A stretch of DNA of 63,960 bases, counting the filler, from Octopus bimaculoides (lineage: Eukaryota): assembly GCF_001194135.2 (NCBI RefSeq). It is 6 parts of 4 records of this genome, joined end to end, with 100 filler letters (N's around TTAATTAATTAA, not from the genome) between each part and the next. Parts side by side here need not be neighbours in the genome. Positions count along the whole stretch, not along the records: positions 49,112 to 52,248 come from NC_068982.1; positions 52,349 to 62,748 come from NC_069000.1; 4 more parts are not named here. One strand, written 5' to 3'. Below the pieces are notes generated by a model. That model ran no database searches and was not told the origin of the DNA. It worked only from the letters and a program-made list of their open reading frames with translations. The position numbers were made by a program, and so were the translations under genes. Below are positions 49,794-62,748 of the stretch, piece by piece; the stretch's first letter is position 1; each line of letters starts with the position of its first letter.

Positions 49794-50469
49794 GCACAAA
49801 CATGTATATATACATGCATATATATANNNNNNNNNNNNNNNNNNNNNNNNNNNNNNNNNNNNNNNNNNNNNNNNNNNNNNNNNNNNNNNNNNNNNNNNNN
49901 NNNNNNNNNNNNNNNNNNNNNNNNNNNNNNNNNNNNNNNNNNNNNNNNNNNNNNNNNNNNNNNNNNNNNNNNNNNNNNNNNNNNNNNNNNNNNNNNNNNN
50001 NNNNNNNNNNNNNNNNNNNNNNNNNNNNNNNNNNNNNNNNNNNNNNNNNNNNNNNNNNNNNNNNNNNNNNNNNNNNNNNNNNNNNNNNNNNNNNNNNNNN
50101 NNNNNNNNNNNNNNNNNNNNNNNNNNNNNNNNNNNNNNNNNNNNNNNNNNNNNNNNNNNNNNNNNNNNNNNNNNNNNNNNNNNNNNNNNNNNNNNNNNNN
50201 NNNNNNNNNNNNNNNNNNNNNNNNNNNNNNNNNNNNNNNNNNNNNNNNNNNNNNNNNNNNNNNNNNNNNNNNNNNNNNNNNNNNNNNNNNNNNNNNNNNN
50301 NNNNNNNNNNNNNNNNNNNNNNNNNNNNNNNNNNNNNNNNNNNNNNNNNNNNNNNNNNNNNNNNNNNNNNNNNNNNNNNNNNNNNNNNNNNNNNNNNNNN
50401 NNNNNNNNNNNNNNNNNNNNNNNNNNNNNNNNNNNNNNNNNNNNNNNNNNNATATATATATAAACAATA

Positions 50470-50645
50470 GTAAATGAGTATATGCATATATACGTACAGG
50501 TATGTGCATACCGACATCCACCTGTATGTATAGGTGCATATCTGGGTACAGGACATTGCAAACAAAACGTAGACAAGAAAACACGCAAGCCACATAGAGA
50601 ACATTTTCCTTCATCAGCTACCCCCGTTTTAACACCGGCGTTTCG
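50470..50645 (-). repeat. GAAAC-N22-CTGATGA family, copy 3
   Basis: Reverse complement is near-identical to 9883-10030. Confidence 0.8.
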
Positions 50646-50979
50646 ATATATATATATATGTATGTATGTATAATCAAAACAAAAAAAAAGGAAGAACGTA
50701 ACAGGCGACAACAGTAGGTTATACAAAAAAGGACAGGAAAAAACAAGGACTGGACATTCAGAGCTTTCAATCTTCAGTCGAGAAGCAGATCGTTCCTGCA
50801 ATTTCGGCCGGTTAATCTCGAGACTGCTCTAACCTGGCCGGCCCGAAGGAAATCTAAGGTAAGAGCACTAGATTCTTTGGAAGAAAGCAAAAGAATGTAT
50901 ACGAAAACAAGGACGGAAAGAAATAAAACGGTGAAATACACATACACAACTGTGTGTGTGTGTTTGTGTGTCTTTGTAG

Positions 50980-51125
50980 TTGTGCTTGTACCCCCACCAT
51001 CGTTTGACAACTGGTGTAGCTGTTTCTGTGTCCCCGTGAAACTAGCCTTTCGGCAAATGTGACCGATAGAATAAGTACGAGACTTTAACAAAAATGTCGA
51101 TACTCAGTCTAATAACTGAAACATA
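50980..51125 (+). mobile_element. SINE family A 3' fragment
   Basis: cccccaccatcgtttgacaactgg...accgatagaataagtac...gtctaataactgaaac. Confidence 0.75.
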
Positions 51126-51739
51126 AAAAAATTTTTAAAAAGACATACACATAATATTCAAATATATAGTTGCTTATGTGAAATGATATACTTATATATC
51201 ATGTGCCCACCTGTATGTTCATACTTACACACACACACACACACACACACATATGCAAAATGGGAGAGAGTGGAACCGAGAGAAAGGAACAGAGCAAACG
51301 TCGTCGTCCGTATTATGTGTTATATAATGAACACGTATTTGATGAGATTGACAGTGAATACGTGAACATGAAACTCGGTTACGTGAGAAAATGCCGCCGA
51401 GATACACACGTATATGTACACTCTGTTTCCAAATAGTGCGTCATCTGACAGTGGTGAGGGTGAAAATAATTACTTGCTCAAAATGTGAAAAACACGCGAT
51501 GAATTTCTAAAGATAAACAAATGATAATTATTTATTGAGTAAAGGTGCAACCATAGTAGTAGAGACGGTAGAGTGCCGGGTAGAATTCCACGTGCTATTT
51601 TTTCCGACTCCTTTCGTTATTGAGATCAGATTCCGCTGAGGTCAGCTGTAGTTTTTACACTTTCGAGGTCGATAAAAATCAGTTTCAGCTCAACTGCTAA
51701 TTTTAAGAACATAATCGCACACAACACACAAAAGCCGCA

Positions 51740-52050
51740 ATATGAAGCCAGCTGTCCATGCAGAAATAAAAATTTGTGCCCGCTAAATGGAGCTTGCATG
51801 TCCGAAACCATCATTTATGAAGCCACCGTAGACTCTACAACCACTAAGGACATAGTTTCGTCAAAGAAATATGTGGGTCTCGCAGAGAGGAATTTCAAAC
51901 CCAGATACAATAATCACATTTTGAGTTTCAGGCACTGAGACAAAAGAAAAACGACAACATCATCTAGTCATATATGGTCTTTAAAAGATAAAGGTGTCAG
52001 TTACAACATCCATTGGAAGATCCTAGCTAAGTGTAAACCTTTTACATAAT
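51740..52050 (+). pseudogene. PLE-type GIY-YIG endonuclease fragment with CxC...CPLxGxC pre-domain
   Basis: SCPCRNKNLCPLNGACMSETIIYEATVD...KKYVGLAERNFKPRYNNHILSFRH*...SSHIWSLKDKGVSYNIHWKILAKCKPFT. Confidence 0.85.
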
Positions 52051-52348
52051 TATAGGGTTAACGTTTTTGTATTTTTCCACATATAGTTTTCTGGTTTCTC
52101 CCCTCCAAACTTTTTTCCTGGAGGAACTTTATATGTGCGCGCTTGTGAGTGTGCGCGTGGATGCGTGCGTATGTAGATATATGCGTGCGTATATAGAGAT
52201 ATGTGCGTGCGTATATGGATATATGCGTGCATGCGATAATATACGCAGNNNNNNNNNNNNNNNNNNNNNNNNNNNNNNNNNNNNNNNNNNNNTTAATTAA
52301 TTAANNNNNNNNNNNNNNNNNNNNNNNNNNNNNNNNNNNNNNNNNNNN

Positions 52349-52382
<34 letters not shown>

Positions 52383-53429
52383 AATACTTATAAATACACG
52401 CACGCATATATATGTATGTATATATGTGAGCATGTATTAATATATGTACGTGTGTGTGTATGCATGTCCGTGCATGCATGTGTGTGTGTGCGTGCGTGTT
52501 GAGCCCTATCTGGGACCTTGTTTCGTGGTCTTACGTCACATGATCTCGAGTTACCAGTATAGATCTGGGACTTGCATGTCGAAGTATATTCTTTCTTTGT
52601 CTCATCTCCACCTCCACCCCATCTTCCTTTCTTTTTTCCGTTCATTTGAGCCTACACGTATACAACACACACACACACATATACATACATACATACATAC
52701 ATGCATGTACACACACACAAATGCCCTCCACTCACTCTCAAGACCAGACTCACTCATATTCTTACACTTTACAGAACAAAGAACATTCTCAGGTTTAGTT
52801 TGGAGGGGGGCACTGCTACATGTTTGCTCGACTTGCTGTAAACAGCAGTTGAATTCCTGACTCACCGAAACCTGCCTTCTTTTTCTGTTTGTTTTTTTTT
52901 AAGAAATAAAGAGCGCTACAGGTAAGGTGTAGCAATTAGATAAATGGACTCCTGTCGTTTGATATTGGCGCAATTAGTAAAACTCCAGCAGAACTACAGC
53001 TGAGAATTACCGATCGAAGAACTATTATGATCGATACGTATATGGAATCATAGTTCTTGGATTAATAAGATTAATAAGCAGCAAGGACTTAATGCAACTG
53101 TTTGGATATGCGAACAGATGGTGGGAAACGTAGGGTGCTTCTGATATTTAAGGTACGTAGGGTACCACAGAACTCAGGTACTAATGAATAGATGAGGGCC
53201 GTTGTGGTGAGCAAAATGTCCTGGAACCTGTAGAACGTTTGGCTGATTGCCTATTACGTCCACCCCTTAGGTTGGTATTGGCGGAAACCCGAAGCAGAAC
53301 TAACTAAAATGTACCAGCCCAAACTTTGGTTGCTTAAGGGGTCGTGAATAAGACGAGAAAAATGTAAAACAAAATGGGAATAAGGCATTTGTTATACCCA
53401 ATTTCCTCTATTGTTCTGATAACAGACAA

Positions 53430-53700
53430 GTTATATGCCACGATTCCTTAAGTTGGAAATTGGAAATACAATACCAGAGGTGTCTGGAGGAAATCGTACA
53501 CATTCACTGAATGCTGGACTATCGAATGACCAAAACAGGAAACTGTTTTTAGTCCAGTTTGAGGGAGGGAAAAGCAAGCATTGCAGACAAAGAAAGAGGT
53601 TCAAAAACGTATATTTGAATAAATGCGACATCACAATACAGAAAATGGGCGAATAAGGAAGATTGGAAAGCTTGGTTCGTCTATGATAGGTCCCCACTCT
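53430..53700 (+). mobile_element. Possible RTE-clade LINE 3' fragment
   Basis: RKLFLVQFEGGKSKHCRQRKRFKNVYLNKCDI resembles RTE PK.LF..L..G.R..GRQ.KRFKD.LK..LK.C.I. Confidence 0.5.
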
Positions 53701-54060
53701 TGGGCAGAATAGGAACTGTAGGAAGCAGCGTTAAGTGACCAGCCAAGGATCGAACTTATGAATCCTGGATGGAATCACAAGAATCACATGTTCGTGCGCA
53801 GAAGTAAAATCTGGTAAAATGATCATTTTTCGGTGTCAAGGGAAGTACTAGAGATGACCAGATATTCAATGGTTAAATCATAAACAGGACGGTCACTGTT
53901 GGAACGCCTTTTTCCATTGCTCTACTGAATAGGACAACCCTTGAGATAAATACAAGTTACAGCTACAAGAAGGGAGAACGAAAGGAAACACTTCGATCTT
54001 TGTTCTTCGTCTCAAAATCCACCAACGTTACATCATAACTTTACTAACCTCTTGAATGGG

Positions 54061-54106
<46 letters not shown>

Positions 54107-54684
54107 TTTCATTATTATCAGGCGAGATCTTATATAAATCAAACGGAGCATGCCAAGACAGCAGCGATACCTGTGGGTCAGATTAGTTTGTAGAAAGTTT
54201 TATTCTTTTACAAAATAAAATTGGAATATTTCTTAAAACTTTTAGAATTTCATTCTTGTAAGTTTTAGAACGAATATTTGTGGAAGAAAGCCGTAAGGAG
54301 AGTTTTGTCATTAACGAAAGGCCATTAATCATCATCATCATCAACATCATCATCGCCATCGCTATCTCCATCATCATCATCATCATCAACATTACTATCA
54401 TCACCACCACCACCACCACCATCACCGCCGCCACCAGCAATATTCACACCACCCACAATATGTCACCTTATACCAAAACACTCCCTTGCGCTCATTTGGC
54501 TCAGCTCCCTCAGCTCTCCTCCTACCACTCCTCTTTTTCACTCCTTACCCCAACAACCATTCCCCTTTTCTACCATTACCTCTCCACCACCACCACCACC
54601 ACCTAGCTCTGGCTCTTCCTTGTCTTTGTGTCTATGCGCTCTTACTTCAGATTTCACCATCTTTATTACCACACCGACACACAA

Positions 54685-54739
<55 letters not shown>

Positions 54740-56304
54740 TCCTGCATGCAAAACCATGCATATACNNNNNNNNNNNNNNNNNNNNNNNNNNNNNNNNNNN
54801 NNNNNNNNNNNNNNNNNNNNNNNNNNNNNNNNNNNNNNNNNNNNNNNNNNNNNNNNNNNNNNNNNNNNNNNNNNNNNNNNNNNNNNNNNNNNNNNNNNNN
54901 NNNNNNNNNNNNNNNNNNNNNNNNNNNNNNNNNNNNNNNNNNNNNNNNNNNNNNNNNNNNNNNNNNNNNNNNNNNNNNNNNNNNNNNNNNNNNNNNNNNN
55001 NNNNNNNNNNNNNNNNNNNNNNNNNNNNNNNNNNNNNNNNNNNNNNNNNNNNNNNNNNNNNNNNNNNNNNNNNNNNNNNNNNNNNNNNNNNNNNNNNNNN
55101 NNNNNNNNNNNNNNNNNNNNNNNNNNNNNNNNNNNNNNNNNNNNNNNNNNNNNNNNNNNNNNNNNNNNNNNNNNNNNNNNNNNNNNNNNNNNNNNNNNNN
55201 NNNNNNNNNNNNNNNNNNNNNNNNNNNNNNNNNNNNNNNNNNNNNNNNNNNNNNNNNNNNNNNNNNNNNNNNNNNNNNNNNNNNNNNNNNNNNNNNNNNN
55301 NNNNNNNNNNNNNNNNNNNNNNNNNNNNNNNNNNNNNNNNNNNNNNNNNNNNNNNNNNNNNNNNNNNNNNNNNNNNNNNNNNNNNNNNNNNNNNNNNNNN
55401 NNNNNNNNNNNNNNNNNNNNNNNNNNNNNNNNNNNNNNNNNNNNNNNNNNNNNNNNNNNNNNNNNNNNNNNNNNNNNNNNNNNNNNNNNNNNNNNNNNNN
55501 NNNNNNNNNNNNNNNNNNNNNNNNNNNNNNNNNNNNNNNNNNNNNNNNNNNNNNNNNNNNNNNNNNNNNNNNNNNNNNNNNNNNNNNNNNNNNNNNNNNN
55601 NNNNNNNNNNNNNNNNNNNNNNNNNNNNNNNNNATATATATACATATACATGTCTGTCTATCTTTCTATCTATATAGATAAATAGATAGAATAGAAGGAT
55701 AGATAGATGTGTACATATACATATATACCTACCTGTCTATCTACCTCCATAGCTGTCTATCAATCTATTTATCTATCTTTTTGTCAGTCTATTTCTGTCT
55801 TTATATTAATGTGTGTGTGTATGTGTGTGTGTGTTGTGTGTGTGTGTGTGTGTGTGTGTGTTGTGTGTGTGTAGTGTGTGTCTACCTCTCCGTTACTCCC
55901 CAAACCCCGTTACCTCATCTTTCCCTGTCTCCCTCCCTCCTCCTCTCTCTCTTACTCTCCCTCCTCTCTCCCTCATATTATCCAACATGGCAAGTGCCTG
56001 GCACGTGTACCCTGTCCCCATAAAGCCTGTGCAGCCCCTCCACGCACCGTCCCTGCTTTAAACCATCACCTCCTCCTTTACCTCCGTCATTCATATCCTC
56101 ACTCACCCTCCTCCTCCTCCTCCTCCTTATCTTCATCCCTGCAACCTCTCCATCCCTTCCTCTGAAGAGATAAGTTACAAAGACACATGTCTACAACTTA
56201 CACAGATGCAGTAAGGCAAACGTGGTGGTGGTGGTGGTGGTGGTGGTTATTTGGGGGCAGGGGTGTCTTGCATGGGGTTAAATGAATATTGTACCTGTGG
56301 CGTA

Positions 56305-56548
56305 TAATGATGACGACGACGACGACGGTGATGATGATGAAGATGATGATGATGATGAAGGAGATGATGATGATGATGATGAAGAAGATGACTAGAGTGA
56401 TGACGATCATGGGGATGGCACTGGGGTTGGTAATGGTGGTGATGGGGAGAGCTAACGATGATGCTAATGAAGATGATGACGACGATGACGATAAAGATGA
56501 CGACGATAAGGATGGTGTGGAGGTAACGGTGATAGGAGCGCTAATGAA

Positions 56549-56585
<37 letters not shown>

Positions 56586-56625
56586 TTTATGATGACGATG
56601 ATGATAATGATGATGATGGTGACGA
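56305..56625. repeat. Compound (GAT)n microsatellite
   Basis: Direct read; source of poly-M/D pseudo-ORFs. Confidence 0.95.
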
Positions 56626-57107
56626 TAGTTCAAGTTGATCTAAAGCACTGTGGAAAATTACGACTGGGTGTGTGAGGGTAGAAAGAGTTTGGGTAGGTGA
56701 ATGCATATCTATGTATACCTGCACATGTTGTGTGTGTGTGTGTGTGTGTGTGTAAATGTACTTCAGTACATATGTACCTGTTTCTGTCTACCTGAGTACG
56801 TGTACCAGTGTGTGTGTATGTATATGTATGTGTGCGTGTGTGTGTGTGTGTGTGTGCACGCGTGTGTGTGTGTGCACGCGTGTGTGCACGCGTGTGTGCA
56901 TGTGTGTCTAATTGTTTATATGTATAAGAGTGGCTAGGTACTTTTGTACCTGTGTGTGTATGCGAGTAGGCATCTGCATGTGCGTGCGTGTGTGTGTGCA
57001 TTTCAAGTTGTTCCTTTACCATTTTTTACCCTAGACATACAAACCTTACATATTGTTACATATTGTATATTTAATAAACGTATAAAATATGTGAAGATTC
57101 TTGGCTG

Positions 57108-57418
57108 AGTGGTCAAGGTATTGCGCTCACAATCGTGACGCCATGTTTTCGATTCCTGGAGGTGGGTTGTACTCTTGGGCAACACACCTTTCTTTCGCCT
57201 CTTTCCAATCCACTCACTTGGCAAAAATGAGTTGTGCCTGTAATTCAAAGGGGCCAGCCATGTTACATTCTGTTTCATACTCAATCTCCCTGAGAACTAC
57301 GTTAAGCTTGCACGCGTCTGTGGAGTATTCAGCCACTCGCACGTTAATCTCACGAGCAGGCTATATCTATTGATTGGATCAACTGGAACACCCGTCGTCG
57401 TAATCGACGGAGAACCAC
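57108..57418 (+). mobile_element. tRNA-derived SINE, family C (full length)
   Basis: A box TGGCTGAGTGG, B-like TTTCGATTCC, CORE-like ttgtactcttgggcaac. Confidence 0.85.
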
Positions 57419-57626
57419 TAAGTTAGAATATAAACCGTAATATTCTAAACATACAGTATTTACTAAGTCTCTTTATTTCATTTTTCCTAATTAAATACAA
57501 AATAAAATTAATGATTTTTTAAAAAGAAAACTAATTTAATAAACAAATTATATATTTTATAAGTGACTAGGTGTATACTCAAATTTAAGCCTCTGTAATC
57601 TCGTGTGTGTGCGTGTATATACATAC

Positions 57627-57680
<54 letters not shown>

Positions 57681-58007
57681 ATGTATGTATACGGGTGGCG
57701 GGTGTTGATTTATTGTTGTTTGGATAAGTTTACAGCGTTGGGCAGTTATGTATTTTTATTGTAATATTAACATTTAGTTTGGAAATTAATTTGTAATTTA
57801 GGATATAAAAGTATTACTACANNNNNNNNNNNNNNNNNNNNNNNNNNNNNNNNNNNNNNNNNNNNNNNNNNNNNNNNNNNNNNNNNNNNNNNNNNNNNNN
57901 NNNNNNNNNNNNNNNNNNNNNNNNNNNNNNNNNNNNNNNNNNNNNNNNNNNNNNNNNNNNNNNCATGCGCATACTTACATATATATATATATATATGTAT
58001 GTATGTA

Positions 58008-58074
<67 letters not shown>

Positions 58075-58239
58075 AGGACAACAACTACACGCAAAACAAA
58101 ATTGCTGTTTCTCGCAATATTTATATTGTTGCTGCTGTTTGTTGTTTGTCTTTTGTTGTTTTTTGTTATTGCATCTCGTGGCCCTTCCTTTGCGTTCAGA
58201 GTCTATGTCATCATCATCGTCATCACCATCACCATCATC

Positions 58240-58271
<32 letters not shown>

Positions 58272-58334
58272 CGTAGTCGTCATCTTTATCCTTCTCCTCA
58301 TCATCATCATCATCATTATCGTCATCATCATTCG

Positions 58335-58450
58335 ACTTTGCCTCTCACCCTTTCAGGATCGATAAAATAAAGTACCAGCTGTGTACTGGGGGCCAATGTA
58401 ATCGACTCCCCCCCCATCCCCACAGAATTACTGGCTTTGCGCCAAATCTT
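58335..58450 (-). mobile_element. SINE family B 3' fragment
   Basis: gactttgcctctcaccctttcaggatcgataaaataaagtaccag; strand assignment is tentative. Confidence 0.55.
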
Positions 58451-58471
58451 GAAAAGAATTATTATTATCAT

Positions 58472-58514
<43 letters not shown>

Positions 58515-59637
58515 GCAATTGCTTCTCTTTGCTGTCCAGGTTGTCTTTGCCATGTTTTTAAGAGACCAGTCATTGTAAAACTGGTGGCTTGCTTTTGTCA
58601 CATGGAGNNNNNNNNNNNNNNNNNNNNNNNNNNNNNNNNNNNNNNNNNNNNNNNNNNNNNNNNNNNNNNNNNNNNNNNNNNNNNNNNNNNNNNNNNNNNN
58701 NNNNNNNNNNNNNNNNNNNNNNNNNNNNNNNNNNNNNNNNNNNNNNNNNNNNNNNNNNNNNNNNNNNNNNNNNNNNNNNNNNNNNNNNNNNNNNNNNNNN
58801 NNNNNNNNNNNNNNNNNNNNNNNNNNNNNNNNNNNNNNNNNNNNNNNNNNNNNNNNNNNNNNNNNNNNNNNNNNNNNNNNNNNNNNNNNNNNNNNNNNNN
58901 NNNNNNNNNNNNNNNNNNNNNNNNNNNNNNNNNNNNNNNNNNNNNNNNNNNNNNNNNNNNNNNNNNNNNNNNNNNNNNNNNNNNNNNNNNNNNNNNNNNN
59001 NNNNNNNNNNNNNNNNNNNNNNNNNNNNNNNNNNNNNNNNNNNNNNNNNNNNNNNNNNNNNNNNNNNNNNNNNNNNNNNNNNNNNNNNNNNNNNNNNNNN
59101 NNNNNNNNNNNNNNNNNNNNNNNNNNNNNNNNNNNNNNNNNNNNNNNNNNNNNNNNNNNNNNNNNNNNNNNNNNNNNNNNNNNNNNNNNNNNNNNNNNNN
59201 NNNNNNNNNNNNNNNNNNNNNNNNNNNNNNNNNNNNNNNNNNNNNNNNNNNNNNNNNNNNNNNNNNNNNNNNNNNNNNNNNNNNNNNNNNNNNNNNNNNN
59301 NNNNNNNNNNNNNNNNNNNNNNNNNNNNNNNNNNNNNNNNNNNNNNNNNNNNNNNNNNNNNNNNNNNNNNTATATATATACATATATACATTTTTGTTTC
59401 CGTTCATAAATGTGTGTGATTGCGTGTTTGTGTGCGTTTGCGTATATACATCTAAAGGAAAATCAAAATGCGTTACTTTAGGAATGAACACCTTCGTATA
59501 TTTGTTCTGCATCGGTTTAGAGACACTCACTCATAATGCACTTCCGAAGTAGTAAATCTAGATATTTACTGATCGTTGAAAGCCTGTAACCAACAGCGCC
59601 ATAACTGAACAATTCCAATACAAATTAATCATAGAAA

Positions 59638-59672
<35 letters not shown>

Positions 59673-60080
59673 AATACAACAGCAGTTCTGCTAAATAGCT
59701 GTTAGTAAGTTCCGTGTAAACAGTTATGCATATCACCACAAAATTACTCTCGTGTAAATAGCTATCTTTAGAAGGCACCTATATATAGATGAAGTCACTA
59801 CAGCAGACATGTAAATGGTATTAAGAACCGTGCAAATAGCATTCCCCTACCTTTATCTTTTTAATTCTTGAGTCAATAAATAACTACCGTGTGTATAGCA
59901 ATAGTTAGAGAGCATCTATATATACAAAGAGAGAGAGCAACATGTTGAAATATTTGTTATCAGATGATGAAGGTTTCAATTCTTACTGATAACCATTTCA
60001 TTTCACTTACTGAGTTAAAGAACCTCTTTAGAAAGCCATGGCAACCACACAGTCTCTCATCTTATTATTATTATTATTAA

Positions 60081-60128
<48 letters not shown>

Positions 60129-60139
60129 TATAATAATAA

Positions 60140-60357
60140 TTCTATCTACTGTAGGCACAAGGCCTGAACTTTGGGGTAAAGGGACTAGTCGATTACATCG
60201 ACTCGAGCACTCAAACGGTACTTATTTCATCGACCCCCGAAAGTATAAAAGGCAAAGTCGACCTCGGCGGAATTTGAACTCAAACCGTAAGGACGGAAAA
60301 AATGCCGCTAAGCATTTTGCCCGACATGCTAACAATTCTACCAGCTCGCCACCTTGA
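60140..60357 (-). mobile_element. tRNA-derived SINE, family B (full length)
   Basis: aaaggcaaagtcgacctcggcggaatttgaactc...ctaccagctcgccacctt. Confidence 0.88.
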
Positions 60358-61329
60358 TAACAATAATAATAATAATAATAATAACAACTAACTATGGATT
60401 TCTATCTAAGGCACGGGGTCACAAAGTCGGGAGTGGTGTAGAGATGTTAAATTTAACCCCATTACTAAATTAAGCCATCCTATAGAGTGACAACACTACA
60501 TCGGTATTATAGAAGGTAGGTTTAATCAGCGTTACTTCAACCACGCACCATCCTTCAGATACAATGAAAATAGGACTTCAACAACTGTATCGAGTTACAC
60601 CAAACATTTTAAGAGAGAATGATGTTAATTTGTTTTACATCAAATGAAAAATGTAAAGAGAAAAGAAATTCCTCTTTGAGCAATAGAGCCAAAAGGAGCA
60701 ATATATCTATATATGAAAAAGGATTTATATTGTATAACATCAACTATTCCGTGGCTAAATTCAACTGCATTTCAGAAATAATTCGAGCCTTTCTCTAAAT
60801 ACCACCATTTCGACAAGTATCAGTTAATATTTTCGAAATGTCCACATGATCCAGATTAAGCAGACCTACATAGAACTATTAAACACTCACTTTTGTTTCT
60901 TCTTTATCCTATGTCATACATTTTCTCCATATTACCCAAAAGAAGATAGTCTGACTATTACAGTAGCAATATTTCTCTTCAATACCTCCTTCTTTTGTTT
61001 CCTCTGACAACGGTTAACCCCAAGAAAATGTTCCACGCAACTTAACTAATTCCAATTTCGGTGAACTTATATCTCATTTTTTTTTCTTTTTTTTACCATC
61101 AATTTTGACACTCTAAAGGAAATAACACAGCTTTACCAAGAATTTGAAATATTCGCATGACAGGAATCTACCATGTGGCCTTTTGCTGTTGCACAAAGAT
61201 GTCTTCAAGAATTATTGCTGGTTTTATATTGTTCGAAGTTTCCTTGTACATTAAAATTATATTTATGAAACTATTTCTAATTTGACTATACTGTATATTT
61301 AGCTCTTCACGTGCAATGAGTAACACACT

Positions 61330-61490
61330 GACACAGAGTCCAAAATTATATTTTAAAAAAACAAAAAAAAAACAAGCAAACAAATGACATGGCAGGTGAG
61401 GAAACAATAAACAGGATGGATTAGTTTGAGGCACAGACAAAAAACAGGTCTTTGATGTTTCGAGTCTGCGCTCTTCTACAGAAAGGAATG
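61330..61490 (-). ncRNA. CUGUNGA-family hammerhead-like motif (61448-61486) plus tail
   Basis: CCTTT CTGTAGA A GAGC GCAG ACTC GAA ACAT C AAAGACC. Confidence 0.6.
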
Positions 61491-61533
61491 AGGAGATAAA
61501 AAAAGATGGAGAGAGAAAAAAACCTCTCTCTCT

Positions 61534-61580
<47 letters not shown>

Positions 61581-61874
61581 ACTTTCTCTCTCTTTCTGTA
61601 CACATACACATACATATACACAAGCGCGCACATACGCTGACATAAATATAATTAGTGTGTGAGTGCGCATGCGTGTTTCACAGCTGCACACACGTTTCTG
61701 AAAAGTATCATCCTCAGACCACTGGAAAGAATACTGAGATATATCTGCGTTAGTCAAACTCTTAAAAGTGTCAATTCAGTTCTTGGAAAGAATTCCACCT
61801 TCATCATCAAACTCTATTCCAATGATTAAATACAGGAATTTTCTGTTTTTATCTTCCCTTAAATAGAAGTGAAA

Positions 61875-61970
61875 AAGTCTTTAGCGTTTCGAGCCGACGC
61901 TCTTCCACAGAAAGAAACAAGGAGAGAAAATAAAGATTGTGTAGTGGCTAGCGATCTATCATGGCGATAC
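61875..61970 (-). ncRNA. CUGUNGA-family hammerhead-like motif (61877-61915)
   Basis: TCTTT CTGTGGA A GAGC GTCG GCTC GAA ACGC T AAAGAC. Confidence 0.65.
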
Positions 61971-62331
61971 ACACACAAATACATGTATGTATGTATGTAT
62001 GTATGTATGTATGTATGTATGTATGTATGTATGTATGTATGCGTTCCCATATGTTTTTGCCAGACAAGCAGTGTCTGGCATATCATATGGTTTTGAGTGC
62101 CAACTGTAATATGCACCAAAATACACAGACGTTTCCAGCGTCATAACTTATGAAACTGTGTAAATATCAACAAAAGTCCATTAGACTAGGTTAGAGAGTA
62201 ACAGGGGAGACCAGTGGCCCCGCTCTAAACAGGCCGAAATATTAGAGAAGCTGTGGCTGACATTTTGGTTTCGTTTTACACCTTTCAGGAACATTATCAA
62301 CACCTGTTCGTTACGAAAACTATTGAAGGAA

Positions 62332-62362
<31 letters not shown>

Positions 62363-62673
62363 GCGTGCGTGTGTGCATGTATATGTGCGNNNNNNNNNNT
62401 ATATATATATATATATACATACATATATATTTATATATTGGAGAGGGATTGTGTGTGTATGTATTTTATATATACATTATACATAGATGCGTATATGAGT
62501 ATATATATAATAGATATATACATGTGTGTATATATGTACATGTATATGTATATACATACATATATATGTGAGTGTATGTGCGTGTATGCATGTATGTATG
62601 TTTAGAGTATGGTATTATATAAACATAATAAATACAGTACGTAGTATAATATATATGTACAAATACAGTATGG

Positions 62674-62748
<75 letters not shown>

